This document shows positions 39,565-49,414 of a stretch of DNA of 64,000 nt, piece by piece. Numbering within the stretch: position 1 is the first letter of the stretch; each line of letters opens with the position of its first letter. Both the position numbers and the translations under genes were made by a program. The notes under the pieces are model-generated. The model saw nothing but the letters and a program-made list of their open reading frames with translations. It ran no database searches and was not told the origin of the DNA. The DNA comes from Bacillota bacterium (GTDB lineage Bacteria > Bacillota > UBA5301). Location of the stretch: positions 65,120 through 129,119 of the forward strand of contig JACDOJ010000002.1 in the NCBI GenBank assembly GCA_017656135.1. The letters run 5' to 3'.

Positions 39565-40347
39565 ATGCGCCAGGAGATTCTGCAGCTTCTGACGACTCCT
39601 GAAGAGCGGGAAGTTGCCGGTCATGTATTAGATCTGGTGGAAAGAGTCAAAGAGCGAGGGAGCGTTGAGACTTCCTGGTTTTTAGCCCTGGCCGAACAGG
39701 ATCTGGTCTCTCAAATCATGCGCCGGTTTCCGGATCTGGAGCATATCTTTCTCGGTGGCTTTCCAAAAGCTGAGCGCAAACGCCTGGTCCTTGGTCCACA
39801 ATATTCAGATCTCCAGAGCCACGGGGAGATCGGGGCGGTGCGGATTGAGGTGAAGACCGGTCCTGAGGGAGAAATCTCTCACCGGGATCTCTTAGGAGCG
39901 GTACTGGGCCTCGGGCTGAACAGGCGATATCTCGGAGATGTGGTGGTCACCGAAACCGGTGGGGAGCTGGTGGCAGCGAACTACCTAGTGCCGGAGATAG
40001 TTAGAGGACTGGTCAGTGTGAGCCGGTACCCGGCCCGGGCTGAGAGGATCCCTTTAGAGGAACTCTCCGTCGGCCTGGAACGCAAAAAACTGGTGAAGGC
40101 CACTGTACCTTCTTTGCGCTTGGATGCAGTGGCGGCGGCCGGTTTCGGCAAGAGCCGCTCCGTTATGGCTAGAGAGATAAAGGCCATGCGGATCAGGGTC
40201 AATGGAAGCCCGGCTAAATCCCCATCTCAAAGTGTGGGTCAGGGAGATATGATCTCTGTACACGGCAAGGGACGGATTGTAATTGCAAAGGTCGGCGGTC
40301 AGACTAAAAAGGGCCGCACAGTCCTGGAAATTGAGCGTTATTATTAA
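39565..40347 (+). CDS. YlmH-like RNA-binding protein (S4 domain)
   Basis: Located between yggT and divIVA. S4-like 'LRLDAVAAAGFGKSRS'. Confidence 0.7.
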   Translation: MRQEILQLLTTPEEREVAGHVLDLVERVKERGSVETSWFLALAEQDLVSQIMRRFPDLEHIFLGGFPKAERKRLVLGPQYSDLQSHGEIGAVRIEVKTGPEGEISHRDLLGAVLGLGLNRRYLGDVVVTETGGELVAANYLVPEIVRGLVSVSRYPARAERIPLEELSVGLERKKLVKATVPSLRLDAVAAAGFGKSRSVMAREIKAMRIRVNGSPAKSPSQSVGQGDMISVHGKGRIVIAKVGGQTKKGRTVLEIERYY

Positions 40348-40358
40348 AGGGGGGGCAG

Positions 40359-40850
40359 TTGATGCTAACACCGCTGGATATTCAAAATGCCGCTTTTCAT
40401 AGGTCTTTCAGAGGGTATAATGAGGAAGAGGTAGATGACTTTTTAGACAAGGTTTTTTTGGAGTACGAGGCTTTATACCGAGAGAACCAGGAGCTTAAGA
40501 AGAAGCTGGAAGCCTCCTCAAAAAACCCTAAGGTCATCAGTTCTTTGACTGCCGGTCCCACCAACGAGGATGCCCTAGCCAAGAGCAGTCAAATCATTGC
40601 CGATGCCCAGCGCCAGGCCAATGAGATTCTGGCCCGGGCCCAGGAGCAGGTGGCCAGGGAGAAAGCCAGGCTGGAAGAGCTCAAACAGCAGCGTCGGATG
40701 TTCAAAGAACAGTTCCAGGCTATGTTGCAGACCTTTTTCCACATCCTTAAGAACTATGAGGATGGAGAAGTGCCTGACCAAACCTTAGTGCTGAATAGGT
40801 TGAACCAGGACTGGCAGGCTGAGGTATCCGCTGGGGTTGAGAAAGAGTAA
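40359..40850 (+). CDS. divIVA: cell division protein DivIVA
   Basis: 'LTPLDIQNAAFHRSFRGYNEEEVDDFLD' followed by a coiled coil. Confidence 0.9.
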   Translation: MMLTPLDIQNAAFHRSFRGYNEEEVDDFLDKVFLEYEALYRENQELKKKLEASSKNPKVISSLTAGPTNEDALAKSSQIIADAQRQANEILARAQEQVAREKARLEELKQQRRMFKEQFQAMLQTFFHILKNYEDGEVPDQTLVLNRLNQDWQAEVSAGVEKE

Positions 40851-40852
40851 CC

Positions 40853-40882
40853 TTGACCGCCATGCCGCCGGTGTAGTATAAT
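40853..40882 (+). promoter_or_regulatory. sigma-A promoter of ileS leader (TTGACC-18-TATAAT)
   Basis: Read directly from the sequence. Confidence 0.55.
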
Positions 40883-40888
40883 TCTCAC

Positions 40889-41140
40889 TAAAATGTCATC
40901 TGCTACAGCGATGAAGGGAAGAGTAGCAGCGCTCAGCCTGTTCCAGAGAGCCGATGTAAGGTGCGAGTTCGGCACAGGAACCGCTGTGAAGATCATCCCT
41001 GAGTTGAGAGCCGAAGTTTTCCAGTAGGCCTCACGGGTGCTGCCGTTATCCAGCAAAAGAGCGGACAGTTTTCTTCTGTCAATTAGGGTGGTACCGCGGG
41101 AGTACTCTCGCCCCTTAGGGGCGAGTTTTTTATTTTTCAG
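40889..41140 (+). promoter_or_regulatory. T-box riboswitch leader (Ile-specific) with intrinsic terminator
   Basis: Conserved T-box 'AATTAGGGTGGTACCGCG' at 41081-41098. Terminator 'CTCGCCCCttagGGGGCGAG' plus a U-tract at 41107-41135. An AUC codon candidate lies at 40992-40994. The region is upstream of ileS. Confidence 0.85.
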
Positions 41141-41174
41141 CAATGTCCAAGACTAAATTTGGAGGTGCTTTTCT

Positions 41175-43982
41175 GTGAGCGACGCAGTCAAGGTCAATTA
41201 CTCAGATACCTTGAACTTGCCGAAGACTGATTTCCCCATGCGGGGCAACCTTCCCAAGAGGGAGCCGGAGATCCAGGCCTTTTGGGAGGAGCACCAGATC
41301 TACCGCAAAGTCCAAGAGCAAGCCAAAGAACGGGGTTATCCCACCTGGATCCTGCACGATGGCCCCCCATATGCCAACGGACACATCCACATCGGGCATG
41401 CTTTGAATAAGACCCTGAAAGATATTTGCGTGAAGTACAAGGCCATGCAGGGCTACCACACCCCCTATGTACACGGTTGGGACACCCATGGCCTTCCCAT
41501 TGAGACCAGGGTTATCAAGGACCTAGGGGTCAATCGCAAGGGTGTCAGCCCCTTGGAGTTCCGCAAAAAATGCAAAGACTACGCCCTGAAGTTCATGAAC
41601 ATCCAGAAGCAGGAGTTCCAGCGGCTGGGGGTCTGGGGGAACTGGGATGACTCCTACTATACTCTCCTCCCTAAGTATGAGGCCAAACAGATTGAGGTTT
41701 TTGGGGAGATGGCCCTCCGGGGGCATATTTACAAGGGCCTGAAACCGGTCTACTGGTGTGTCTCCTGTGAGACCGCCTTAGCTGAAGCTGAGGTTGAGTA
41801 CGATGATAAGAAGTCTCCTTCCATCTACGTGAAGTTCCCGATGATCGATGATAACAAGCTCTTTGGCGGCGATCTGACCAATACCTACGTCATCATCTGG
41901 ACTACAACCCCCTGGACGATTCCGGCCAACCTGGCCATCTGTCTGCATCCGGATTTTGATTACGCTTTGGTCCAGGTGGGAGGGGAACGGTATGTGGTCG
42001 CCGCTGAGCTAGTGGAAAAACTCTCCCAGGAGCTGAACTGGGAAGAGTATGAAGTCCTGCTGAGGTTCAAGGGCAGGGAGCTGGAACGGGCTTTGTGTAA
42101 GCACCCCTTGTTTGACCGGGAATCCTTGCTCATCCTTGGTGAGCACGTCACTTTAGAACAAGGTACCGGTTGTGTTCACACCGCCCCCGGCCACGGTGAA
42201 GAGGACTTTTTGGTCGGTTCCGAATACGGTCTGCCGGTCTTCAACCCAGTGGATCCCACCGGCCACTTCACTGAGGAAGCCGGTCCCTACGCCGGTTTAG
42301 ACTTGGAGGAAGGTAACAAGGTCATTGCCAAGGACCTGGATGAAGCCGGAGCGCTGGTGAAGTTCGGCTTCATTCGGCACCAATTCCCCCACTGCTGGCG
42401 CTGTAAAAACCCGATCGTTTTCCGTGCTACTGAGCAGTGGTTCGCCTCTGTAGACGGTTTCCGGGAGGCTGCCCTAAAAGCCATCGGCGAAGTCAAATGG
42501 CATCCGGCCTGGGGTGAAAACCGCATAGCCAACATGGTTAGGGAGCGCCGGGACTGGTGCATCTCCCGTCAGCGGGTTTGGGGCGTGCCGATTCCGGTCT
42601 TCTACTGCCAGGCTTGCGGGGAGCATATCATCACCCGCGAGACCATTGATGCAGTCAAGGAGCGCTTTGCTGAAGAAGGCTCTGATGCCTGGTTTAAATA
42701 CGAGGCCAAGGAACTCTTGCCCGACGGGTTCACCTGTCCCCACTGCGGTGCTGCTGAGTTTCGGAAGGAGAGCGACATCATGGATGTCTGGTTTGACTCA
42801 GGCTCCAGTCACAGGGCCGTGCTGACCCAGTGGCCGGATCTGAAATGGCCTGCTGACCTCTACTTGGAAGGGAGCGATCAGCATAGGGGCTGGTTCCAGT
42901 CCTCCCTACTGACCTCAGTGGCCACCACCGGGAAAGCACCGTACAAAGAGGTGTTGACCCACGGGTTCATCGTCGATGAAGAGGGCCGGAAGATGTCTAA
43001 ATCCCTGGGGAATGTCATCGCCCCTGACAAGGTCATCAAAGAGTACGGAGCGGATATTCTGCGCCTCTGGGTTTCTTCGGCCGATTACACCGATGACATC
43101 CGGGTATCCAATAACATTCTGAAACAAATGGCTGAGGTTTACCGCCGGATCCGCAACACCGGACGGTTCATCCTTGGAAACCTCTCCGATTTTGATCCGG
43201 AGAAAGACAGTGTACCCTATGAGGAGCTGCCTGAGATTGACCGCTTCGCCCTACACAGGCTCCAGGAGATCCTGGATAAGCTGACCACGGCTTTTGATAA
43301 CTACCAGTTCCACGTCTTCTACCACACCGTGCACAACTACTCGGCGGTGGACTTAGGCGGCTTCTACTTGGATGTGTTGAAGGACCGGCTGTACACCTCA
43401 CCGGCTAAGAGTCATCTCAGGCGCTCCGCTCAGACCGTGCTCTATGAGATCATCAACGTTCTGGTCAGGGTAATCAGCCCGGTTTTGGTCCACACCGCCG
43501 AGGAGATGTGGCAGCACCTGCCACAGACTACCGATAAACCTGTGAGCGTACAGCTGACTTCCTGGCCCAAGGTGAATGAGAAGTACCGGGATGAAGAGTT
43601 GGCGGAGAGGTGGAACCGGTTGTTGAAGATCAGAGATGTGGTGAACAGGGCCCTGGAGGCTGCCCGCTCAGAAAAGACCATCGGAAACAGCTTGGAAGCG
43701 GCGGTGACCCTGTACACCTCCGATGGTGAACTGAGAAAATTCTTGGAGCAGTACAAGTCGGAGTTGGCCACGGTCTTCATCGTCTCCAAGGCGGAGCTGG
43801 CGCCGGAGGGGGCTGCTCCTGGGGCAGAAGCCGTGCGGGATTCCGAACTGGATTTGGCTGTCTTGGTAAGTGAAGCACCTGGGGATAAGTGCGAACGCTG
43901 CTGGATGTACTCTGAGGAAGTGGGGCAGAGCAGCCAACATCCCACACTTTGTCCTCGCTGCGTTGAGGCTATTAGCGGCTAA
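41175..43982 (+). CDS. ileS: isoleucine--tRNA ligase
   Basis: 'HIGHAL' (HIGH), 'KMSKS' and a C-terminal Zn-finger 'CERC...CPRC'. It starts with GTG. Confidence 0.95.
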   Translation: MSDAVKVNYSDTLNLPKTDFPMRGNLPKREPEIQAFWEEHQIYRKVQEQAKERGYPTWILHDGPPYANGHIHIGHALNKTLKDICVKYKAMQGYHTPYVHGWDTHGLPIETRVIKDLGVNRKGVSPLEFRKKCKDYALKFMNIQKQEFQRLGVWGNWDDSYYTLLPKYEAKQIEVFGEMALRGHIYKGLKPVYWCVSCETALAEAEVEYDDKKSPSIYVKFPMIDDNKLFGGDLTNTYVIIWTTTPWTIPANLAICLHPDFDYALVQVGGERYVVAAELVEKLSQELNWEEYEVLLRFKGRELERALCKHPLFDRESLLILGEHVTLEQGTGCVHTAPGHGEEDFLVGSEYGLPVFNPVDPTGHFTEEAGPYAGLDLEEGNKVIAKDLDEAGALVKFGFIRHQFPHCWRCKNPIVFRATEQWFASVDGFREAALKAIGEVKWHPAWGENRIANMVRERRDWCISRQRVWGVPIPVFYCQACGEHIITRETIDAVKERFAEEGSDAWFKYEAKELLPDGFTCPHCGAAEFRKESDIMDVWFDSGSSHRAVLTQWPDLKWPADLYLEGSDQHRGWFQSSLLTSVATTGKAPYKEVLTHGFIVDEEGRKMSKSLGNVIAPDKVIKEYGADILRLWVSSADYTDDIRVSNNILKQMAEVYRRIRNTGRFILGNLSDFDPEKDSVPYEELPEIDRFALHRLQEILDKLTTAFDNYQFHVFYHTVHNYSAVDLGGFYLDVLKDRLYTSPAKSHLRRSAQTVLYEIINVLVRVISPVLVHTAEEMWQHLPQTTDKPVSVQLTSWPKVNEKYRDEELAERWNRLLKIRDVVNRALEAARSEKTIGNSLEAAVTLYTSDGELRKFLEQYKSELATVFIVSKAELAPEGAAPGAEAVRDSELDLAVLVSEAPGDKCERCWMYSEEVGQSSQHPTLCPRCVEAISG

Positions 43983-44015
43983 ATGAATAGGCAGGGAACT
44001 GGGTAGGCTATAGAT

Positions 44016-44345
44016 GTGCCTGGAGGTAGTTCCCTGATGGATCCCACCGATCGCAGAGTCTTAGCCGAGTTTTCAGACCGGTTGGAAAAATTGATCGAGG
44101 GGTTGGAGAAGGCCAGCATCGCCGAGTACGTTCAGATGCTGGAGAACCCTGCCAAGATGCTGACTATCAATTTTTTCAACGGGGTGGCCAGGGGCTTTGG
44201 CTTTGCGGTCGGTTTTTCTATAATCGCAGCCTTTTTCCTGTATATTCTAGGTTATCTGGCCCGGTTGAACCTACCGATTATCGGATCGTTCATTGCTGAA
44301 CTGGTCCAACTGGTCCAAGGGCAGCTGGAGAGCTATTCCAGGTAA
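44016..44345 (+). CDS. small membrane protein (DUF5665-like)
   Basis: 109 aa with two transmembrane helices in the C-terminal half. Confidence 0.45.
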   Translation: MPGGSSLMDPTDRRVLAEFSDRLEKLIEGLEKASIAEYVQMLENPAKMLTINFFNGVARGFGFAVGFSIIAAFFLYILGYLARLNLPIIGSFIAELVQLVQGQLESYSR

Positions 44346-44371
44346 CCTCACCTTTTCAGGAGGTAGATAGT

Positions 44372-45082
44372 ATGCTTACCGAGGGCCAACTTGCTCACTA
44401 CAAACGTAAATTGTTCCAGGAGCAAAAACGGATTTCAGATGAGTTGGCAGAGTTGAGGGCACCCCAAAGTGTTGACTCCTTGAAAGATTCCGTGGGAGAG
44501 CTTTCAGCATATGACAACCATTCTTCAGATTTGGCCACAGAGACTTTTGAGCGGGAGAAGGATATTGGCCTGGCCGACAATCTGAAGATCATCCAATCTC
44601 AGATCGATGAAGCCCTGGAAAGGATCGAAGACGGAACCTACGGTCGGTGTGCCATCTGTGGCCGGGAAATTTCCGAAGAGCGGTTGGAGGCTGTGCCTTA
44701 TGCCACTACATGTCTGGAGCATGCTGATGATGAATTCAACCGTACTACTGAACAGCGCCCTGCAGAGGAAGAAAACCTCTACGCTCCCTTTGACCGTACT
44801 TTTACCGACGGTGCTGAGAATGAAAACATCGGTTTTGACGGTGAAGATACCTGGCAGGCTGTGGCCAGATACGGGACAGCCAACTCGCCCCAAGATATAC
44901 CCGACGCCATTGACTACGACGAGGTATACGTTGATGCCGATGAGGACCGGGGGATTGTGCAGCTTACCGACGCCATCATCGATGTCACCGAGGGCGAGCA
45001 GGATCAGGACCACCTTATCTTTCCGGAGCCGGACAGGAATCGGGAGCGCCGGCCTCACAAGAAGAGGCTTCGGGAGAAGTGA
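44372..45082 (+). CDS. DksA/TraR-family C4 zinc-finger protein (YlyA-like) with long acidic C-terminal tail
   Basis: 'CAICGREISEERLEAVPYATTCLEHAD'. It occupies the position between ileS and lspA that ylyA does in B. subtilis. Confidence 0.7.
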   Translation: MLTEGQLAHYKRKLFQEQKRISDELAELRAPQSVDSLKDSVGELSAYDNHSSDLATETFEREKDIGLADNLKIIQSQIDEALERIEDGTYGRCAICGREISEERLEAVPYATTCLEHADDEFNRTTEQRPAEEENLYAPFDRTFTDGAENENIGFDGEDTWQAVARYGTANSPQDIPDAIDYDEVYVDADEDRGIVQLTDAIIDVTEGEQDQDHLIFPEPDRNRERRPHKKRLREK

Positions 45083-45154
45083 CTCAATGGCAGATTGTGC
45101 CTTACCAGTCAGCTGTGGTAAAATAATGAAAAAGAGTACAAGGATTGAGTAAAT

Positions 45155-45616
45155 TTGAATCCAATGGCCCTAGTGCCCCTGATTCTCCTGGTGGACCAGG
45201 GGCTTAAATTCTATGTCAAGACCCACTTTCGCCCCGGTTGGTCGGTTGAGCTGATCCCCGGGGTTATTGACTTAACTTACCTGCGTAACCCCGGTGCCGC
45301 TTTTGGCCTCTTTCACCACCGGACCGAACTTTTGATTCTGATGGGCGTTCTGGCGGTGACCTTGATTTTCATCTACTACCGACGGCTGCCACCGGAGAAA
45401 TATATTCTCCGCTACGGCTTAGCTTTTGGTCTCACCGGGGCGCTGGGAAACCTCTTGGACCGGCTTTTCTACGGTTACGTCATTGACATGTTCAACCTCA
45501 GCTTCTGGCCAGGAGTCTTTAACGTGGCAGATGTCGCCATTATTGTAGGGATCGCCTTGATCGTGATTGAGTTATGGCAGGATGCGGAAGCTGTCGGAGA
45601 GGAGGCTGGGGAATGA
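45155..45616 (+). CDS. lspA: lipoprotein signal peptidase II
   Basis: 'LVDQGLKFYV', 'NPGAAFGL' and 'FNVADVAI' motifs. Confidence 0.9.
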   Translation: MNPMALVPLILLVDQGLKFYVKTHFRPGWSVELIPGVIDLTYLRNPGAAFGLFHHRTELLILMGVLAVTLIFIYYRRLPPEKYILRYGLAFGLTGALGNLLDRLFYGYVIDMFNLSFWPGVFNVADVAIIVGIALIVIELWQDAEAVGEEAGE

Positions 45617-46392
45617 GACCGGTCTTAATTGAAGTTTTCGGAATTCCGGTGTTCAGTTACGGTTTCATGATGGCGGTGGCTTTTCTGGCTGGCTATTTCT
45701 TGGTTCTGCGCCGCTTCAGGGAGCTGGGCCTCAGCCTGGAGAAGCTGGCTGATTTCGCCGTGATCCTGGCGGTTTCCGGTATCATTGGGGCTCGCCTGTT
45801 ATATGTTCTGATCGGTTGGGAGTACTACTCGGCCCACCCGGCCCAGATCTTCAATCTGCCTGCCGGGGGTCTCTCCTTTCACGGCGGAGCGGTCTTAGCT
45901 GTCATCACCGGGGTCTACTACGTTCGCCGGCAACGGCTCCCCCTGGGGAAAATCGCCGATGCTATAGCTCCCGCCTTCGCTCTCGGGGTGGCCCTGGTCC
46001 GAATCGGTTGTTTGCTCAATGGCTGCTGCTATGGCTTGCCATCCACTGTGCCCTGGGCTTTTGACAGCTCTTACCTTCATGATGTACCCAGGCATCCGAC
46101 CCAGCTTTATGAGAGCCTGGCCATGTTTCTAGTCTTTCTTTACCTGCTAAAAAGGGAGAAACACACTTTCTTTCCCGGCTATCTTTTGGTCTTATTCACG
46201 GTGCTCTACTCGGCCAGCCGATTTATCATCGAGTTTTTTCGGGATGTCCCGGAGTTTTGGCCTCCCCTGACCATGGCCCAGGTGGCGAGCCTGTTCTTCA
46301 TTGTTCTCGGGACAGCGGTGATTGTCGTCGGGCAAAAACGCTTTGAGGCCCAAAAGAACAGTATTCAGGGTGAACAAGATGTCTCGCGCTGA
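45613..46392 (+). CDS. lgt: prolipoprotein diacylglyceryl transferase
   Basis: 'GIPVFSYGFMMAVAFLAGY' and the Lgt signature 'HGGAV...G...YYVRR'. Confidence 0.85.
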   Translation: MRPVLIEVFGIPVFSYGFMMAVAFLAGYFLVLRRFRELGLSLEKLADFAVILAVSGIIGARLLYVLIGWEYYSAHPAQIFNLPAGGLSFHGGAVLAVITGVYYVRRQRLPLGKIADAIAPAFALGVALVRIGCLLNGCCYGLPSTVPWAFDSSYLHDVPRHPTQLYESLAMFLVFLYLLKREKHTFFPGYLLVLFTVLYSASRFIIEFFRDVPEFWPPLTMAQVASLFFIVLGTAVIVVGQKRFEAQKNSIQGEQDVSR

Positions 46393-47344
46393 GAAAAAAC
46401 TGGAGGTGACCGTTGTTCCGGAAGCGGCCAACCAGCGTTTAGACAAGTACCTGGCCCAACTTCCTGAGGTCCCCTCTCGCTCTTACGCTGAGAAAGCCAT
46501 CTCAGAGGGTTTGATCACCGTCAACGGAGAGCAGGTCAAACGGAGCTATAAGGTATGCGCCGGGGATCGGATTTCTGTGGTGCTTCCTCCTCCCAAGGAA
46601 ATCTCTTTGGAACCTGAACCCATTCCCCTGAAGGTCCTCTATGAAGATGCTGACCTGATCATTGTTGACAAACCCAGAGGCATGGTGGTGCACCCGGCGG
46701 CGGGACATGAAAGCCGGACTTTGGTCAATGCCCTTTTGTACCACGCCGACGATCTCTCCGGCATTGGAGGAGAGTTGCGCCCCGGCATCGTCCACCGCTT
46801 GGACAAAGATACAACTGGACTTTTGGTCGCCGCCAAAAATGATTTCACCCACCTGGCCCTCTCTAAGGCTCTTAAAGCCAGGGAGATTCATCGCTGGTAT
46901 TTGGCTCTGGTCCACGGCCGGCCTAAGGCGGAGGAAGGGAGCATTGAAGCTCCGGTGGGTCGGCATCCGGTGAATCGGAAAAAGATGGCGGTTACTGCCG
47001 GTGGCAGGCCCGCCTTCACCAGATATCGGGTTCTTGAGACTTATGGCGAATACTCTCTTCTTCAGTTAAAGCTGAAGACCGGCCGGACCCACCAGATCAG
47101 AGTGCACCTGGCCTATATTGGTCTGCCGGTGGTCGCCGATCCGGTCTACGGGAAAGGCGGGGAATTGGGCCTTGCCGGACAGGCTCTACACGCCTTCAGA
47201 CTACGGTTGATTCACCCGAGAAGTGGGGAGCTCCTGGATTATTACACACCTCCTCCCGCCGACTTTCAAAGGGCCCTGGGGGACATCGGCGGTTTGTCAC
47301 CCGATTATGCACAACTGGCAGTTGACAACTGGGGTTTGGACTGA
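46379..47344 (+). CDS. rluD: RluA-family 23S rRNA pseudouridine synthase (RluD-like)
   Basis: S4 domain plus 'HRLDKDTTGLLVAAKN' catalytic Asp motif. Confidence 0.85.
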   Translation: MSRAEKKLEVTVVPEAANQRLDKYLAQLPEVPSRSYAEKAISEGLITVNGEQVKRSYKVCAGDRISVVLPPPKEISLEPEPIPLKVLYEDADLIIVDKPRGMVVHPAAGHESRTLVNALLYHADDLSGIGGELRPGIVHRLDKDTTGLLVAAKNDFTHLALSKALKAREIHRWYLALVHGRPKAEEGSIEAPVGRHPVNRKKMAVTAGGRPAFTRYRVLETYGEYSLLQLKLKTGRTHQIRVHLAYIGLPVVADPVYGKGGELGLAGQALHAFRLRLIHPRSGELLDYYTPPPADFQRALGDIGGLSPDYAQLAVDNWGLD

Positions 47345-47384
47345 TACACTAACATAGAAAATGAATAACCGAAGCACCCTTTAA

Positions 47385-48057
<673 letters not shown>

Positions 48058-48081
48058 AACAAATCTGAGGGGGAAAGTGAA

Positions 48082-49329
48082 ATGAGAGATTCGGAGACAA
48101 AAACTGCTGTCCAGGAAGTCGCTGCTGCTGCCGCTACCCTGTCGGCTACAGGGATAGTTACCACTGAGAGCGATATTGGTCTGAAGAAAGAACTTATCTT
48201 GGCCGTCCAACACACCATAGCCATGTTCGGAGCGACTGTCTTGGTGCCGTTCTTGACAGGTTTGAGTCCGACTGTGGCTCTTTTCACCGCCGGCTTAGGA
48301 ACCCTAATTTTTCACTTGATCACCAAAGGCATGGTTCCGGTCTTTCTAGGAAGTTCCTTCGCCTTTATCGCTCCAATTTTAGCCGTCAAAGAAAACTTTG
48401 GACTTCCCTATGCCACCGGGGGGATTATGGTTGCCGGTCTGGTTTACGTAGCCATGTCCCTGGTGATCAAATTACTCGGGGTTGAACGGGTTAGGAGCTT
48501 CTTCCCGCCGACGGTAACCGGTCCAGTGATCATGGTGATCGGGTTGACTCTGGCTCCGGTAGCCATCGATATGGCGAAGGAAAACTGGGTGGTTGCCATC
48601 ATCGTATTGATCTCTGTGATCCTCTCCTCGGTCTTCATGAAAGGTTTCTTTAAGATGGTTCCGATTCTCATTGGGGTGGTCGTCGGGTATCTTGCCAGCA
48701 TGCTCTTGGGTATCGTTGATTTTGAGGCCATTAAGAACGCCGCTGTCTTTGCCGTTCCCGACTTCATGGCGCCCAAATTCAGCTGGGGTGCGATCGCCAT
48801 AGTGGCACCTGTCGCTCTGGTCACTATGATGGAGCACATCGGAGATATCATGACCAACGGAGCGGTAGTCAAAAAAGACTTTCTGGTGAAACCAGGGCTG
48901 CATAGGACCATGCTCGGCGACGGTTTGGCTACCATGGCGGCTGCACTTCTCGGCGGACCGGCTAACACTACTTACAGTGAGAATACCGGTGTTTTGGCCC
49001 TGACAAAAGTCTACGATCCGAAGATCCTGCGCTATGCTGCTATTTTCGCCATTGCTTTGAGTTTCGTCGGGAAACTAGGTGCCATTATCCAAACCATTCC
49101 TACGCCGGTCATGGGCGGCATCTGTATCTTGCTCTTCGGTATGATTGCATCTATCGGTATGCGCACTGTAGCCGAGAGGGTGGATTTCTCCCACTCCCGA
49201 AACCTCATCATCTCAGCGGTGATTCTGGTCTTCGGTCTGAGCGGCGTAGAGATCTTAGGCTTATCTGGTATGAGCCTGGCAGCGGTTCTTGGAGTCATCC
49301 TAAACAAGCTTCTCCCTGAAGAGGTTTGA
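48082..49329 (+). CDS. pyrP: uracil permease (NCS2 family)
   Basis: 415 aa polytopic NCS2-family protein in the position after pyrR. Confidence 0.85.
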   Translation: MRDSETKTAVQEVAAAAATLSATGIVTTESDIGLKKELILAVQHTIAMFGATVLVPFLTGLSPTVALFTAGLGTLIFHLITKGMVPVFLGSSFAFIAPILAVKENFGLPYATGGIMVAGLVYVAMSLVIKLLGVERVRSFFPPTVTGPVIMVIGLTLAPVAIDMAKENWVVAIIVLISVILSSVFMKGFFKMVPILIGVVVGYLASMLLGIVDFEAIKNAAVFAVPDFMAPKFSWGAIAIVAPVALVTMMEHIGDIMTNGAVVKKDFLVKPGLHRTMLGDGLATMAAALLGGPANTTYSENTGVLALTKVYDPKILRYAAIFAIALSFVGKLGAIIQTIPTPVMGGICILLFGMIASIGMRTVAERVDFSHSRNLIISAVILVFGLSGVEILGLSGMSLAAVLGVILNKLLPEEV

Positions 49330-49344
49330 TTATAAATATACATA

Positions 49345-49373
49345 AATGTTGCATAATTATACAACAAGTGGTA
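49345..49373 (+). promoter_or_regulatory. candidate sigma-A promoter for carAB (TTGCAT-17-TAGAAT) in AT-rich spacer
   Basis: The hexamers and spacing were read directly. It is embedded in 'ttataaatatacataaatgttgcataattatacaa'. Confidence 0.4.
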
Positions 49374-49414
49374 GAATTGGTTTAGCAAATGGGCTGATGG
49401 GAGAGGTGACCACT

